DNA of 64,000 bases from Epsilonproteobacteria bacterium UBA4036 (lineage in GTDB: Bacteria; Campylobacterota; Campylobacteria; Campylobacterales; Arcobacteraceae). Location of the stretch: positions 200,235 to 264,234 of the forward strand of contig DGAG01000007.1 of the NCBI GenBank assembly GCA_002382325.1, read 5' to 3'. A model generated the notes under the pieces. The model worked only from the letters and a program-made list of their open reading frames with translations. It was not told the DNA's origin and did no database searches. Shown here piece after piece: positions 38,979 through 47,871 of the stretch. The position numbers and the translations under genes are program-made. The stretch's first letter is position 1. Each line of letters starts with the position of its first letter.

Positions 38979-39797
38979 TCACTCACAGCTTTCGCTGTTT
39001 GCCAATCGTTTGAGTTCATCACAACTAAATCCTGCTTTTTTTCTGGCTTCAAAATTCAGCGATTGCTTTTTTTGAGTACTTCCAGGGTAAAACTCTTCTA
39101 AGAGTTTTAAGTAGGTTTGTTCGGGTTCAATTTGCTCTTCTTTACACGCATATTTAAACCATCGATCCCCTTTTTGAACATGTGTAATCTCTTCTTCCAA
39201 AATAATGTTTAACGCTTCTAAAATAGCATAATTTGTCTCATCGGGATTGGATTTAAGTTTTTCCATAATTTTAGGATTTTGATCCAAACCATTGGCTTCT
39301 AAATAGCGTGGGACAATTGCCATTCGACTCAAAAGAGTGGTGGTTTTTTTCATTGCTTCAAACAAATTGGTATGAACTTCAAAATCGCCATACTGGTATC
39401 CCAAACGATGTAAGAGCTTTTCACACATCTTAAAATGTCGAATTTCATCTTCGGCAACCTCAAGCCAATCTGCGTAATATTCAAAAGGCAAATTCATAAA
39501 GCGATACGCAGCATCCAAAGCCAAATCCACCGCACAATACTCAATATGGCATATGGTGTGCAATAACTTGGCTTTTCCTTCAACTGTATCAAAATATTTT
39601 CTTTGTTTTACCTCTTTGGGCAAAACAATTTTTAAAAAAGAGTCATAACTTGGTTTTTCTAAACCTAAAGGCAAATACTCTTTTTCAAATACGATTTCAT
39701 TGTTTAAAAATTGTGTGTAAAAATAAGTAAAGGTATCAAACTTTTTTTGTGGGTTTTCTTCAAACAAAATAGTTTCTAAAGTTTTAAAATAGTACAC
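38979..39797 (-). CDS. DUF455 ferritin-like di-iron family protein
   Basis: 272 aa with HIEYCAVDLALDA and EDEIRHF, LEANGLD and EEEITHV helices. It has a GTG start with AAAGAGG 6 nt upstream. Confidence 0.72.
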   Translation of the reverse strand: MYYFKTLETILFEENPQKKFDTFTYFYTQFLNNEIVFEKEYLPLGLEKPSYDSFLKIVLPKEVKQRKYFDTVEGKAKLLHTICHIEYCAVDLALDAAYRFMNLPFEYYADWLEVAEDEIRHFKMCEKLLHRLGYQYGDFEVHTNLFEAMKKTTTLLSRMAIVPRYLEANGLDQNPKIMEKLKSNPDETNYAILEALNIILEEEITHVQKGDRWFKYACKEEQIEPEQTYLKLLEEFYPGSTQKKQSLNFEARKKAGFSCDELKRLANSESCE

Positions 39798-39815
39798 TTA
39801 ATACCTCTTTGTTAT

Positions 39816-40081
39816 GGGCACCACTAAAAATTAGAACGCCTATAAACGCCAAAGGAGTGTTTCTAGGTTAAAGAGTTTTAAAGTAGGACTACTTTAGTAA
39901 TTCAAGTTAAAACTCTTTAAGATAGGAATACTCATTTGTCGCCCCAAGGGGTAGCACATTAAGGCACAATCTTTTAAAAAAAAGAGTCTCGAATTAGCTA
40001 CGGCTAGTCCTTCACCTCTTTTTTTTAAAACCTTATACCTTACTGTACTATTTATAGGTATTCTAATTTTTAGTGGTACCC
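39816..40081. repeat. 266-bp nested inverted-repeat element (candidate structured RNA or MITE-like element)
   Basis: The terminal inverted repeats are GGGCACCACTAAAAATTAGAA (39816-39836) and TTCTAATTTTTAGTGGTACCC (40061-40081), matching 20/21. After 2 mismatches they continue with 8 more matches. Inside are a perfect 14-bp repeat (39868-39881 / 39907-39920) and a perfect 15-bp repeat (39972-39986 / 40016-40030). Confidence 0.6.
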
Positions 40082-40085
40082 TTAA

Positions 40086-40091
40086 TATAAT
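40086..40091 (+). promoter_or_regulatory. candidate -10 box TATAAT for the MBL-fold hydrolase gene
   Basis: TATAAT lies 28 nt upstream of ATG 40119, immediately outside the right terminal repeat. Confidence 0.3.
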
Positions 40092-40118
40092 CAAGAATTT
40101 TATCGAATAAGGTTTAAA

Positions 40119-40712
40119 ATGGATATTAAAGTTAAGCCCATGGGCGATTATCAAACCAACTGCTATATTGTGAGCATTGAAAATAAAGATTTTATTATTG
40201 ACCCAGGAGTAAACGCTGTTTCATGGGTGAAACAAAATGTTAAAAATCCTGTCGCCATTTTTAACACACACGGACATTTTGACCATGTATGGAGCAATGC
40301 TGCTTTGCAAAAAGAGTTAAATCTTAAAATTTATTGCCCAAAAGAAGATGCTTTTATGTTACAAAATGACCCATTTGGTTTTGGGATGCCTTCAAGCATA
40401 CCTGATGTGCTTGTGCAACCCGATGAAGCATTTGATTTTGATGGCGTTAAAGTCAAATTTCATTTTTTCCCCGGGCACACTCCTGGTTGCAGCGCCATTG
40501 AAATCAACAATACTCTCTTTAGTGGGGATTTTATTTTTAATGGTTCCATTGGCAGAGTTGATTTTCCCTACTCCAGTCCTGATGATATGAAAAGCAGTTT
40601 ACGCAAAATTTTATCGTGGGATAAAGATATGGTTATTTACCCTGGACATGGCTTAAATACGAAGTTGTCACAGGAAAAGAACTCTTTAAATAACTGGTTA
40701 AATTATTTGTAA
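40119..40712 (+). CDS. MBL-fold metallo-hydrolase (glyoxalase II-like)
   Basis: 197 aa with NTHGHFDH, PGHTPG, GDFIF and YPGHG. Confidence 0.85.
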   Translation: MDIKVKPMGDYQTNCYIVSIENKDFIIDPGVNAVSWVKQNVKNPVAIFNTHGHFDHVWSNAALQKELNLKIYCPKEDAFMLQNDPFGFGMPSSIPDVLVQPDEAFDFDGVKVKFHFFPGHTPGCSAIEINNTLFSGDFIFNGSIGRVDFPYSSPDDMKSSLRKILSWDKDMVIYPGHGLNTKLSQEKNSLNNWLNYL

Positions 40713-40768
40713 CAATTAAGCCTCGTTATGATAAAATCACGAACTATTCATCACAGGACGTCACACAT

Positions 40769-42622
40769 ATGAAAAAAAGAATAATTGTACAATTTTCGAT
40801 AATGATTATTTGCATTGCCCTTATCATTACATCGATGATTGCGTACAATTTACGTGAAACGGGGATTAACTCTTCGATTAATACGGCTAAATCCATTTCA
40901 GAAGTGGTTAAAAATGGATTAACTTCCCATATGATTAATGGCAATATGGATCAAAGAGATACCTTTATTAATTCCATTTCCAATATGTCCAACGTGAAGC
41001 AGCTTTGGTTTGTTCGTGCCAATGCAGTGACTGAACAATACGGTGCAGGTCAAGAAAATGAAAAAATCAGAGACCAAATTGATAACCGTGTTATACGAAC
41101 AGGAAAAATGGAGTATAAACTCTATGAAAACTTTGCAACCAATGAAACCATAATGCGAGTCACCATTCCTTATTTGGCAAACACAGAAGGCAATGTAAAC
41201 TGTCTTACTTGCCACAACGTTAAATACGGTGAAACACTGGGTGCCGTCTCCATTGAGTTGGATATTAACGATTTAAAACAAGTGGGATTGCAATCCATAT
41301 ATCTTTTAATTGGAATTACTTTAGGCAGTATGCTTTTGGTAATATTTATTACATCCAATATTTTAAAACCCTATATTCAACTTTTTGAAAAAATTGCCAT
41401 CAGTATAAAAGAGGCGATTAATGGACGATTTATTCAAGTCAAAAAACCGTATAAACTCTCTTCGGACATGGTATTGTTTACCGATGATTTTAATATGCTT
41501 TTAGAGAGCTACAAAGCCACTTTTGACGATATTGACAAAAAACTCAAATACTTTATTGGGCAAACCACATCAAAAGAGAATAAAACCCCTTTAGATGAGT
41601 CAAAATTGATTATTACTAATTTATCAAATCTGTATCAATTTAAAAAAGAGATTGAACAAGACCAAACCAAAGAAGAGATTTTTAATCGCTTGGTGCAAGT
41701 TTTGAGAAATCAATTTCATCAAAAACATTTTACGATTTATCAAACTAACCTCAAAGAAGAGACCAGAGAGATTGTCAGTCAAGTGGGTACGTTGAATTTT
41801 TGTTGTCCTTCGAATATGAGTAATCCCGCTTTATGTCGGAGTGCAAGAACCAACAATGATGTTGTTTCCGTTGATTTTCACAATCCCTGTCCTTGTTTTA
41901 CACAAAGCGATTACTACTATTATTGCACCAGTACAAACATCAATAAAAACACCATTATTGTGATTAACTTTGTACTTGAAACCAAAGAAGAGTTGCAATA
42001 TGTCAAAGACAATATTGCTTTTATTAAAAGCTATATCAATGAAGCCGCTCCCTCTATTGAAGTTAAAATTCTTTTACAAGCATTAAAAGATTCTGCTTTT
42101 AGAGATGGATTAACGGGTCTTTACAATCGAAAATTCTTGGATGAGTATATTAAAAAAGCGCTTCCACAAGTTTTAAGAGACAATAAAAAGTTAGCCGTAT
42201 TGATGCTTGATATGGATCACTTTAAATCAGTCAATGATGAATACGGACATGATATTGGCGATTTGGTTTTAAAAGAGTTGGGCTATATTTTAATTCAAAA
42301 TGTAAGAGAGTCCGACTTAGTCATCCGATTTGGAGGCGAAGAGTTTATTGTTATTTTAAATAACATTGACAGCATTGAAAGTGCTTTACTTGTTGCCAAT
42401 AAAATACGAGAGCAAGTGGCACAAAATGAGATTGATGTTTATGCCGGAACAAAACTTAGAAAAACCGTCAGTATTGGTCTTTCTATCTTCCCTGATGATG
42501 GAAAAACATTTGATGGTGTCTGTAAAAATGCAGATATTGCTCTTTATGAAGCAAAAAATAAAGGACGTAATCAAGTGGTGGTTTTCAATGAGAGTCAAGT
42601 CAGTAGTATTGATCTATTTTAG
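40769..42622 (+). CDS. membrane diguanylate cyclase with DUF3365-like periplasmic domain carrying one CxxCH motif, Cys-rich GAF-like middle domain and GGDEF
   Basis: An N-terminal TM is followed by a periplasmic part ending NVNCLTCHNVKYGETLGAVSIE, then a second TM. A middle region has CCPSN...CRSA...CPCF. The GGDEF domain has RESDLVIRFGGEEF. Confidence 0.85.
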   Translation: MKKRIIVQFSIMIICIALIITSMIAYNLRETGINSSINTAKSISEVVKNGLTSHMINGNMDQRDTFINSISNMSNVKQLWFVRANAVTEQYGAGQENEKIRDQIDNRVIRTGKMEYKLYENFATNETIMRVTIPYLANTEGNVNCLTCHNVKYGETLGAVSIELDINDLKQVGLQSIYLLIGITLGSMLLVIFITSNILKPYIQLFEKIAISIKEAINGRFIQVKKPYKLSSDMVLFTDDFNMLLESYKATFDDIDKKLKYFIGQTTSKENKTPLDESKLIITNLSNLYQFKKEIEQDQTKEEIFNRLVQVLRNQFHQKHFTIYQTNLKEETREIVSQVGTLNFCCPSNMSNPALCRSARTNNDVVSVDFHNPCPCFTQSDYYYYCTSTNINKNTIIVINFVLETKEELQYVKDNIAFIKSYINEAAPSIEVKILLQALKDSAFRDGLTGLYNRKFLDEYIKKALPQVLRDNKKLAVLMLDMDHFKSVNDEYGHDIGDLVLKELGYILIQNVRESDLVIRFGGEEFIVILNNIDSIESALLVANKIREQVAQNEIDVYAGTKLRKTVSIGLSIFPDDGKTFDGVCKNADIALYEAKNKGRNQVVVFNESQVSSIDLF

Positions 42623-42630
42623 GACAGTAA

Positions 42631-43599
42631 ATGAATAATTTAATCGTAAACAGCATTAAGAAGTTTTTGGAAGTCAGCAGTTTGACCAATGATATTTACA
42701 CCTATTTAAATTTTTATGATGAGCTAAGAGAACTCAAAGAAGTGAAGCTCATCTATAATGAGTTGCAAAAATGGTTTGAAAAAACATTTGATATTAAATC
42801 GTTAAAAATAACCATTTACTCCACAACTGACCACAGTAAAGAGATTGTATTTCAAAACTCTCCCGATGAAGTTTATAAATGTGTTGCATTATGCAAACAC
42901 TATAAAATTGATATGAATCCCAATTTGATTATTACTTTTTGTTTGGTATGTGATGATAAAACACAACTTGAAAGTCTTACTAAAAAAGATGAATACATCA
43001 ATACTCTTTTTTATATGGTTTCACCTCTTATTAGCAGTGTTTCATATCAAGAGTTGGTCAAAGAGCTAACCTTTAAAGACCCATTAACCAATGTCTACAA
43101 TCGAAAGTTTTTGGTTGAACATTTAAATAAACTGTTACCTTTGGCTAAACGAGAAAATCGTAATATCTCCTTTTTAATGGTCGGCATTGACCATTTTAAA
43201 GCCGTTATTGATGAGTTTGATTATGATATTGGGGACAAAGTTTTAATCAATCTTGCCACGATTTTACAAAATAATGTTCGAGAGTCTGATTTGGTTGTAC
43301 GTCTTGAAGCCGATGAATTTTTAATTGCCCTTATTGGGGTAACCAATCAAAAAGATGCCAAGTTTGTTGCACAAAAACTCGTTGATGCCTTTGCTCAAAG
43401 TGAAGTGGAAGTCACAACCGATGGACAAGTTCTTAAAAAGACTATTTGCGTGGGTGTGACACACTACGATTATGAGACTAAAACGGTCGATGCTATCCTT
43501 AAAAATGCGGATATCTCTTTGTATGAAGCTCGAAATTTAGGAAGAGGTCAAATCAAAGAGTATTTCCCTGAATCTGAGACATGTGTGGAGTTATTTTAG
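42631..43599 (+). CDS. cytoplasmic GAF-like + degenerate GGDEF protein (A-site LEADEF, I-site RESD retained)
   Basis: The GGDEF fold has DPLTNVYNRKF and the signature region RESDLVVRLEADEF. It starts 9 nt after the preceding cyclase. Confidence 0.8.
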   Translation: MNNLIVNSIKKFLEVSSLTNDIYTYLNFYDELRELKEVKLIYNELQKWFEKTFDIKSLKITIYSTTDHSKEIVFQNSPDEVYKCVALCKHYKIDMNPNLIITFCLVCDDKTQLESLTKKDEYINTLFYMVSPLISSVSYQELVKELTFKDPLTNVYNRKFLVEHLNKLLPLAKRENRNISFLMVGIDHFKAVIDEFDYDIGDKVLINLATILQNNVRESDLVVRLEADEFLIALIGVTNQKDAKFVAQKLVDAFAQSEVEVTTDGQVLKKTICVGVTHYDYETKTVDAILKNADISLYEARNLGRGQIKEYFPESETCVELF

Positions 43600-43623
43600 A
43601 AAAAAAGCGTTACGCTTTTTTTC
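43599..43623. terminator. bidirectional hairpin between convergent GGDEF gene and cmoB
   Basis: The stem is GAAAAAAAGCG / CGCTTTTTTTC (perfect 11 bp, A/U-rich) with loup TTA. It overlaps the cmoB stop and last codons. Confidence 0.5.
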
Positions 43624-44524
43624 TGGCTTTCATATAAACGCGCTTAGGAGCAGGATAGCCTTCAACGGTTTTATTTTTATCGTTAGGATCTAAAAAGTCC
43701 TCTAAACTTTGATCAAATGACCAAGGTGTTTTTCGTTGCTCTTCACTTGTGGTTGTCGTAATTGCCAACACCTCAAACTCATCAAATCCTGCTCGGTCCA
43801 ACCAATTTTTCAACGCATTTACCGTGGGAATAAAATAGATATTGGGAATTTTGGAGTAACGCTCTTTGGGTGTTAATGCCACTTCTTCATCACCATCAAT
43901 CATAAATGTATCGATTAAAATTTCGCCTTTAGCATTCAGTCCTCGTGCCAGTGATTTAAGCGTACCAATAGGGTCGGGTCTGTGATACAACACACCTAAC
44001 ATAAAAATAAAATCAAATTTATGATTATAAATCTCTAAATGTTCCACTCCCAATTTTTCGTACTCAATTTGCGATTGTACAAAGTGATTGACCATCTCAA
44101 ATTGCAGCATGGTTAAAGGACTTGGGTCAAATCCAATGAGTCGTTTGGGTCTGTCTTCTAACATTCGAAACATATAATAGCCATTGTTGCATCCAATGTC
44201 CGCAACGACTTTGTTGGTCAAGTTAAAATGAGGTCGTATTAAATTGTATTTAATATTACTTTGCCATTCACTGTCAATTTCTAAACCAAACAGTCGAAAA
44301 GGTCCCTTTCTCCAAGGAATCAATTTTTTAGCCGTTTGCACTAAGATTTCATACTCTTTAGGGGTTAAATCTTCTCTTTGCCCTACACTAAACCAATCAT
44401 CATACCCAATCGTTAAATTCTCTTTTTTAATCTCAAACAGTTTTTGTAATTGATCGTACCAAGGCTTAACATTTTTCCACTCTAAGCACTGTTGTTTTTG
44501 TTTTTTAAGTTCTTCTAAGTTCAT
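43610..44524 (-). CDS. cmoB: tRNA U34 carboxymethyltransferase
   Basis: 304 aa with WRKGPFRLFGLEIDSEWQSNIKY and SAM-MTase motif VADIGCNNGYY. Confidence 0.88.
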   Translation of the reverse strand: MNLEELKKQKQQCLEWKNVKPWYDQLQKLFEIKKENLTIGYDDWFSVGQREDLTPKEYEILVQTAKKLIPWRKGPFRLFGLEIDSEWQSNIKYNLIRPHFNLTNKVVADIGCNNGYYMFRMLEDRPKRLIGFDPSPLTMLQFEMVNHFVQSQIEYEKLGVEHLEIYNHKFDFIFMLGVLYHRPDPIGTLKSLARGLNAKGEILIDTFMIDGDEEVALTPKERYSKIPNIYFIPTVNALKNWLDRAGFDEFEVLAITTTTSEEQRKTPWSFDQSLEDFLDPNDKNKTVEGYPAPKRVYMKARKKA

Positions 44525-44692
44525 TCGGAATTATATTAATAATTTCATAAAATACCGATTTATTGATTTGCTAAAAGGATTTAAAACGATTTTTTTGCTA
44601 TACTTTTGCTGCTTGCGTAAGTTAAAACACTACACAATTACTTCACGCTTAATTCGTTAGCATATGAATTATTATAATTATAAAGGATTCGT

Positions 44693-47416
44693 TTGAAAAA
44701 AATCAATGATATACTTTTTTCATATTGGACAATGGCAATATTATTGGTCATTTTAGCCCTAGGTGCTGCTGTTGCAACCTTTATTGAAAATGACTATGGA
44801 ACTTCAACGGCCAGAGTTTTAGTTTACAATCATCTGTGGTATGAAACGGTGTTACTTTTAACCATCATTAACCTTTGTGGAGTTATGTACAGAACTTCCA
44901 TGTGGAAAAAACCTCCACGATTTTTATTTCACTTTGCTTTTGTGGTTATTTTATTGGGTTCAATTATTACTCGATATGTCGGCTATGAAGGTATCATGCA
45001 CATACGAGAAGGGCAAACTCAAAATCAAATGAGTTCTCTTGAACCTTATTTACAAGTAACGATTAATCATAAAGGGAAATCATATTATCAAGAGTTTCCT
45101 ATTGAGTTTTCAGCTTTAGGCAATGATTTCGATTTTAATGTTGAATTTGATGATAAAGTGTTAAATTTACACTACAAAGATTACGTCTTTGCCAAACAAG
45201 ACAAAGCAACAATGGGACTTTTAACCTTAAATGCCACTCTTGACAATGAAACCAAAGAGTACAAACTCCCAGGGCAAAGAGGACAACAAGGACTTGAACG
45301 AGGCAACAGCTTTGGTGATACCACCGTTTTAATCCAATACGGGTCAAAAACACTCACCCTTCCTTTTGCCATTCATCTGCGTGATTTTCAACTCGAACGA
45401 TACCCAGGCAGTATGTCACCCTCTTCTTATGCATCGGAAGTTACTGTTATAAAAGAGGATAAAGAACAATACGATTATCGAATTTTTATGAACAATACGC
45501 TTAATGAAGGTAACTTCTTGTTCTTCCAAAGTTCATACGACATGGACGAGTTAGGTACTGTTCTTTCTGTGAACAACGATCCGGGAAAATGGCCAACCTA
45601 TTTTGGATATTTTCTTTTAACTTTAGGATTAGTAATGAATTTTTTTGATAAAAAAAGCCGATTTTGGAAACTGACAAAATATTTAAAAGAGAAAAATATT
45701 GCGTCATTTATTTTAGCTATTGCCCTATTTTCTGGCATCAATAGCTATGCTAAAGAGTATGAGGATGTTCAAGAGTATGTTAAAGAGTTCAAAGCCTCTT
45801 CTGCATTAACGGCACAAAAGTTTGGAAACTTAGCTGTTCAAACTTCACAAGGACGAATGAAACCCATAGGGTCGTTAAACAAACAAATTTTAAATAAACT
45901 CAGTGGCAAAAATGAAATGTTTGGTATGGATTACAATCAAATTGTTTTGGGAATGCTCACACGTCCAGAGTATTGGCGGTTTGTTAAAATCATAAAAATC
46001 AAAACACCCAAACTCAAGCAGCTTATTGGTATTGATGAGAGTGAAAACTATATCTCTTTTTCCGATGTTTTTAAAGACGGAAAATATCTTTTAATTGACC
46101 AAATCAATGAAGCCAACCGAATCAACCCCAACCAAAGAGGAACTTTTGAAAAAGATTTAATCCAAGTGGATGAACGACTCAATATTGCCTATTTGGTTTA
46201 CAGCGGTGAATTATTTAAAATCTTTCCAAAACTTGAAGAGAACAATCACAAATGGTACACGCCTTTGTCGGCTATTCAAGAGTTTGAAAAGGACAATAAA
46301 ATGGCCGTTGAAACCATGACCAAAGGACTTATTAATTATACCATCGTAGAAAACTGGGAGATGGCAAATCAATTTTTAGATCATATTGCAAATTATCAAC
46401 AAAAAGTTGGGGCAAAAGTAATTCCTCATCAAACTCAAATGAAATATGAGTTGCTGTTTGACAAAATTGATGTTTTCCCAAAACTGACATTAGCCTATGT
46501 TTTTTCAGGGTTTATTTTATTTATTGTCGCTTTTGCTTCAGTTTTCAATGAAAAATTAAAATCACGAACGATTACTTATATTTTCTTTGCTGTCTTAGCC
46601 GTACTCTTTGCTGTACACACTTTTGGAATGGGCTTAAGATGGTATGTGAGTGGTCATGCTCCGTGGAGTGATACATATGAATCACTGCTTTATATTTCGT
46701 GGTCAGCCATTTTTGCAGGAGTGGTCTTTTTTAGAAAATCTCTATTGGCATTGAGTGCTTCGGTGATTGTGGCAGGGATTTTTATGTTTACCGCACACTT
46801 AAGCCATATTGACCCACAAATTACCAATTTAGTCCCCGTACTTAAATCATATTGGCTTACGATTCACGTTTCTATTTTAACTGGTTCATATGGATTTTTA
46901 GGGTTAGGTGCTATTTTAGGATTTATGGCAATGTTACTCTTTATTTTTAGATCACCTCAAAGAAAAAATATTGATGAAACCATTAAACACATCACCACCA
47001 TTAATGAAGTGTCGTTAATCATTGGTCTTGCTGCTTTAACCATTGGAAACTTCTTAGGGGGTGTTTGGGCAAATGAATCGTGGGGAAGATATTGGGGTTG
47101 GGATCCTAAAGAGACTTGGGCGTATGTGGCGATTGTAACGTATGTTTTAGTGTTACACTTACGACTCATTAAAGGACTTAACACCGCGTTTGTCTTTAGT
47201 GTGGCTTCACTGTTAGCCTTTTCAACAATTTTGATGACTTACTTTGGAGTAAACTTCTATTTATCAGGAATGCACTCTTACGCCACAGGAGACCCACTTC
47301 CTATTCCTACATGGGTGTATGTTTTAACCGTATTGGTGTTTGTAACTATTGCAGTTGCGTATAGAAAAAGAGATTTAAAAGACGGAGAGATTTGTACTGT
47401 ACCTAAAGGTGAGTAG
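44693..47416 (+). CDS. ccsBA: fused cytochrome c biogenesis protein CcsBA (ResB-like + CcsA)
   Basis: 907 aa with a TTG start. The ResB-like N-terminal half has FLFFQSSYD. The CcsA half has the WWD motif WGRYWGWDPKETW. Confidence 0.9.
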   Translation: MKKINDILFSYWTMAILLVILALGAAVATFIENDYGTSTARVLVYNHLWYETVLLLTIINLCGVMYRTSMWKKPPRFLFHFAFVVILLGSIITRYVGYEGIMHIREGQTQNQMSSLEPYLQVTINHKGKSYYQEFPIEFSALGNDFDFNVEFDDKVLNLHYKDYVFAKQDKATMGLLTLNATLDNETKEYKLPGQRGQQGLERGNSFGDTTVLIQYGSKTLTLPFAIHLRDFQLERYPGSMSPSSYASEVTVIKEDKEQYDYRIFMNNTLNEGNFLFFQSSYDMDELGTVLSVNNDPGKWPTYFGYFLLTLGLVMNFFDKKSRFWKLTKYLKEKNIASFILAIALFSGINSYAKEYEDVQEYVKEFKASSALTAQKFGNLAVQTSQGRMKPIGSLNKQILNKLSGKNEMFGMDYNQIVLGMLTRPEYWRFVKIIKIKTPKLKQLIGIDESENYISFSDVFKDGKYLLIDQINEANRINPNQRGTFEKDLIQVDERLNIAYLVYSGELFKIFPKLEENNHKWYTPLSAIQEFEKDNKMAVETMTKGLINYTIVENWEMANQFLDHIANYQQKVGAKVIPHQTQMKYELLFDKIDVFPKLTLAYVFSGFILFIVAFASVFNEKLKSRTITYIFFAVLAVLFAVHTFGMGLRWYVSGHAPWSDTYESLLYISWSAIFAGVVFFRKSLLALSASVIVAGIFMFTAHLSHIDPQITNLVPVLKSYWLTIHVSILTGSYGFLGLGAILGFMAMLLFIFRSPQRKNIDETIKHITTINEVSLIIGLAALTIGNFLGGVWANESWGRYWGWDPKETWAYVAIVTYVLVLHLRLIKGLNTAFVFSVASLLAFSTILMTYFGVNFYLSGMHSYATGDPLPIPTWVYVLTVLVFVTIAVAYRKRDLKDGEICTVPKGE

Positions 47417-47479
47417 TAAATGGTGAGTGGTGAGTAGTAATTTCCTCCTACCACTCACTTCTTACCTCTTACTTCTCAC
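47409..47479. repeat. heptamer-built imperfect palindrome, copy A
   Basis: Five in-phase heptamers are GTGAGTA GTAAATG GTGAGTG GTGAGTA GTAATTT. Five complementary NNNTYAC heptamers end at 47451, 47458, 47465, 47472 and 47479. My hand fold gives 24 Watson-Crick and 2 G-U pairs over 31 positions. Confidence 0.75.
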
Positions 47480-47822
47480 ATAATTGGATTTTATCTTCTT
47501 TCGTCGTTATCATACACAAAAACTCATATTCACTGCCATAACAGGCTTCATACATATGATTCACCCCTGCTGGAATATAGATAAAATCCCCTGCTTTGGC
47601 ATGATACTCTTCATTGCCCACAATCACTTTGGCTTCACCTTTTAAAACATATTGTTGATGTTGGATTTCATTGGTGTGATTGGGCATGGAACCCTCTTTG
47701 GCTAACGTTACTTTTCGTACGATAAAATCTTTGTCTTCTTTAGGTGTTAGCACCGCAATAGAAGCATTGACTGTTTTAGGAATACAACTTTTTTCAAAAT
47801 TATTTGAACTTTGGCAATACAT
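47469..47822 (-). CDS. cupin-domain protein
   Basis: 117 aa with GSMPNHTNEIQHQQYVLKGE and GDFIYIPAGVNHMYE. Confidence 0.75.
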   Translation of the reverse strand: MYCQSSNNFEKSCIPKTVNASIAVLTPKEDKDFIVRKVTLAKEGSMPNHTNEIQHQQYVLKGEAKVIVGNEEYHAKAGDFIYIPAGVNHMYEACYGSEYEFLCMITTKEDKIQLCEK

Positions 47823-47871
47823 AATTATCCTTTTGTTTTAATACAAAATCATAGTGCGTTTTAGCTAAATA

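Noticed and set aside
39816-40081. Identity of the 266-bp element as tmRNA, RNase P RNA, 6S RNA or SRP RNA.
   Set aside because: I could not find the tRNA-like ends or tag ORF of tmRNA, the GAGGAAAGUCC-type P4 motif of RNase P, or the SRP domain IV motif. The two halves do not pair along their length as a 6S rod would. Its class stays open.
39894-40154. 86-aa minus-strand ORF across the 266-bp inverted-repeat element.
   Set aside because: It overlaps the start of the MBL hydrolase gene, has no RBS and runs through nested palindromes. It is most likely a chance ORF in AT-rich DNA.
47409-47479. The heptamer repeat arrays as CRISPR arrays or short tandem (phase-variable) repeats.
   Set aside because: The units are only 7 nt, degenerate, and arranged as two complementary arms without spacers. 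No cas genes are present. Unit sequences differ, so slipped-strand copy-number variation is less likely than hairpin formation.
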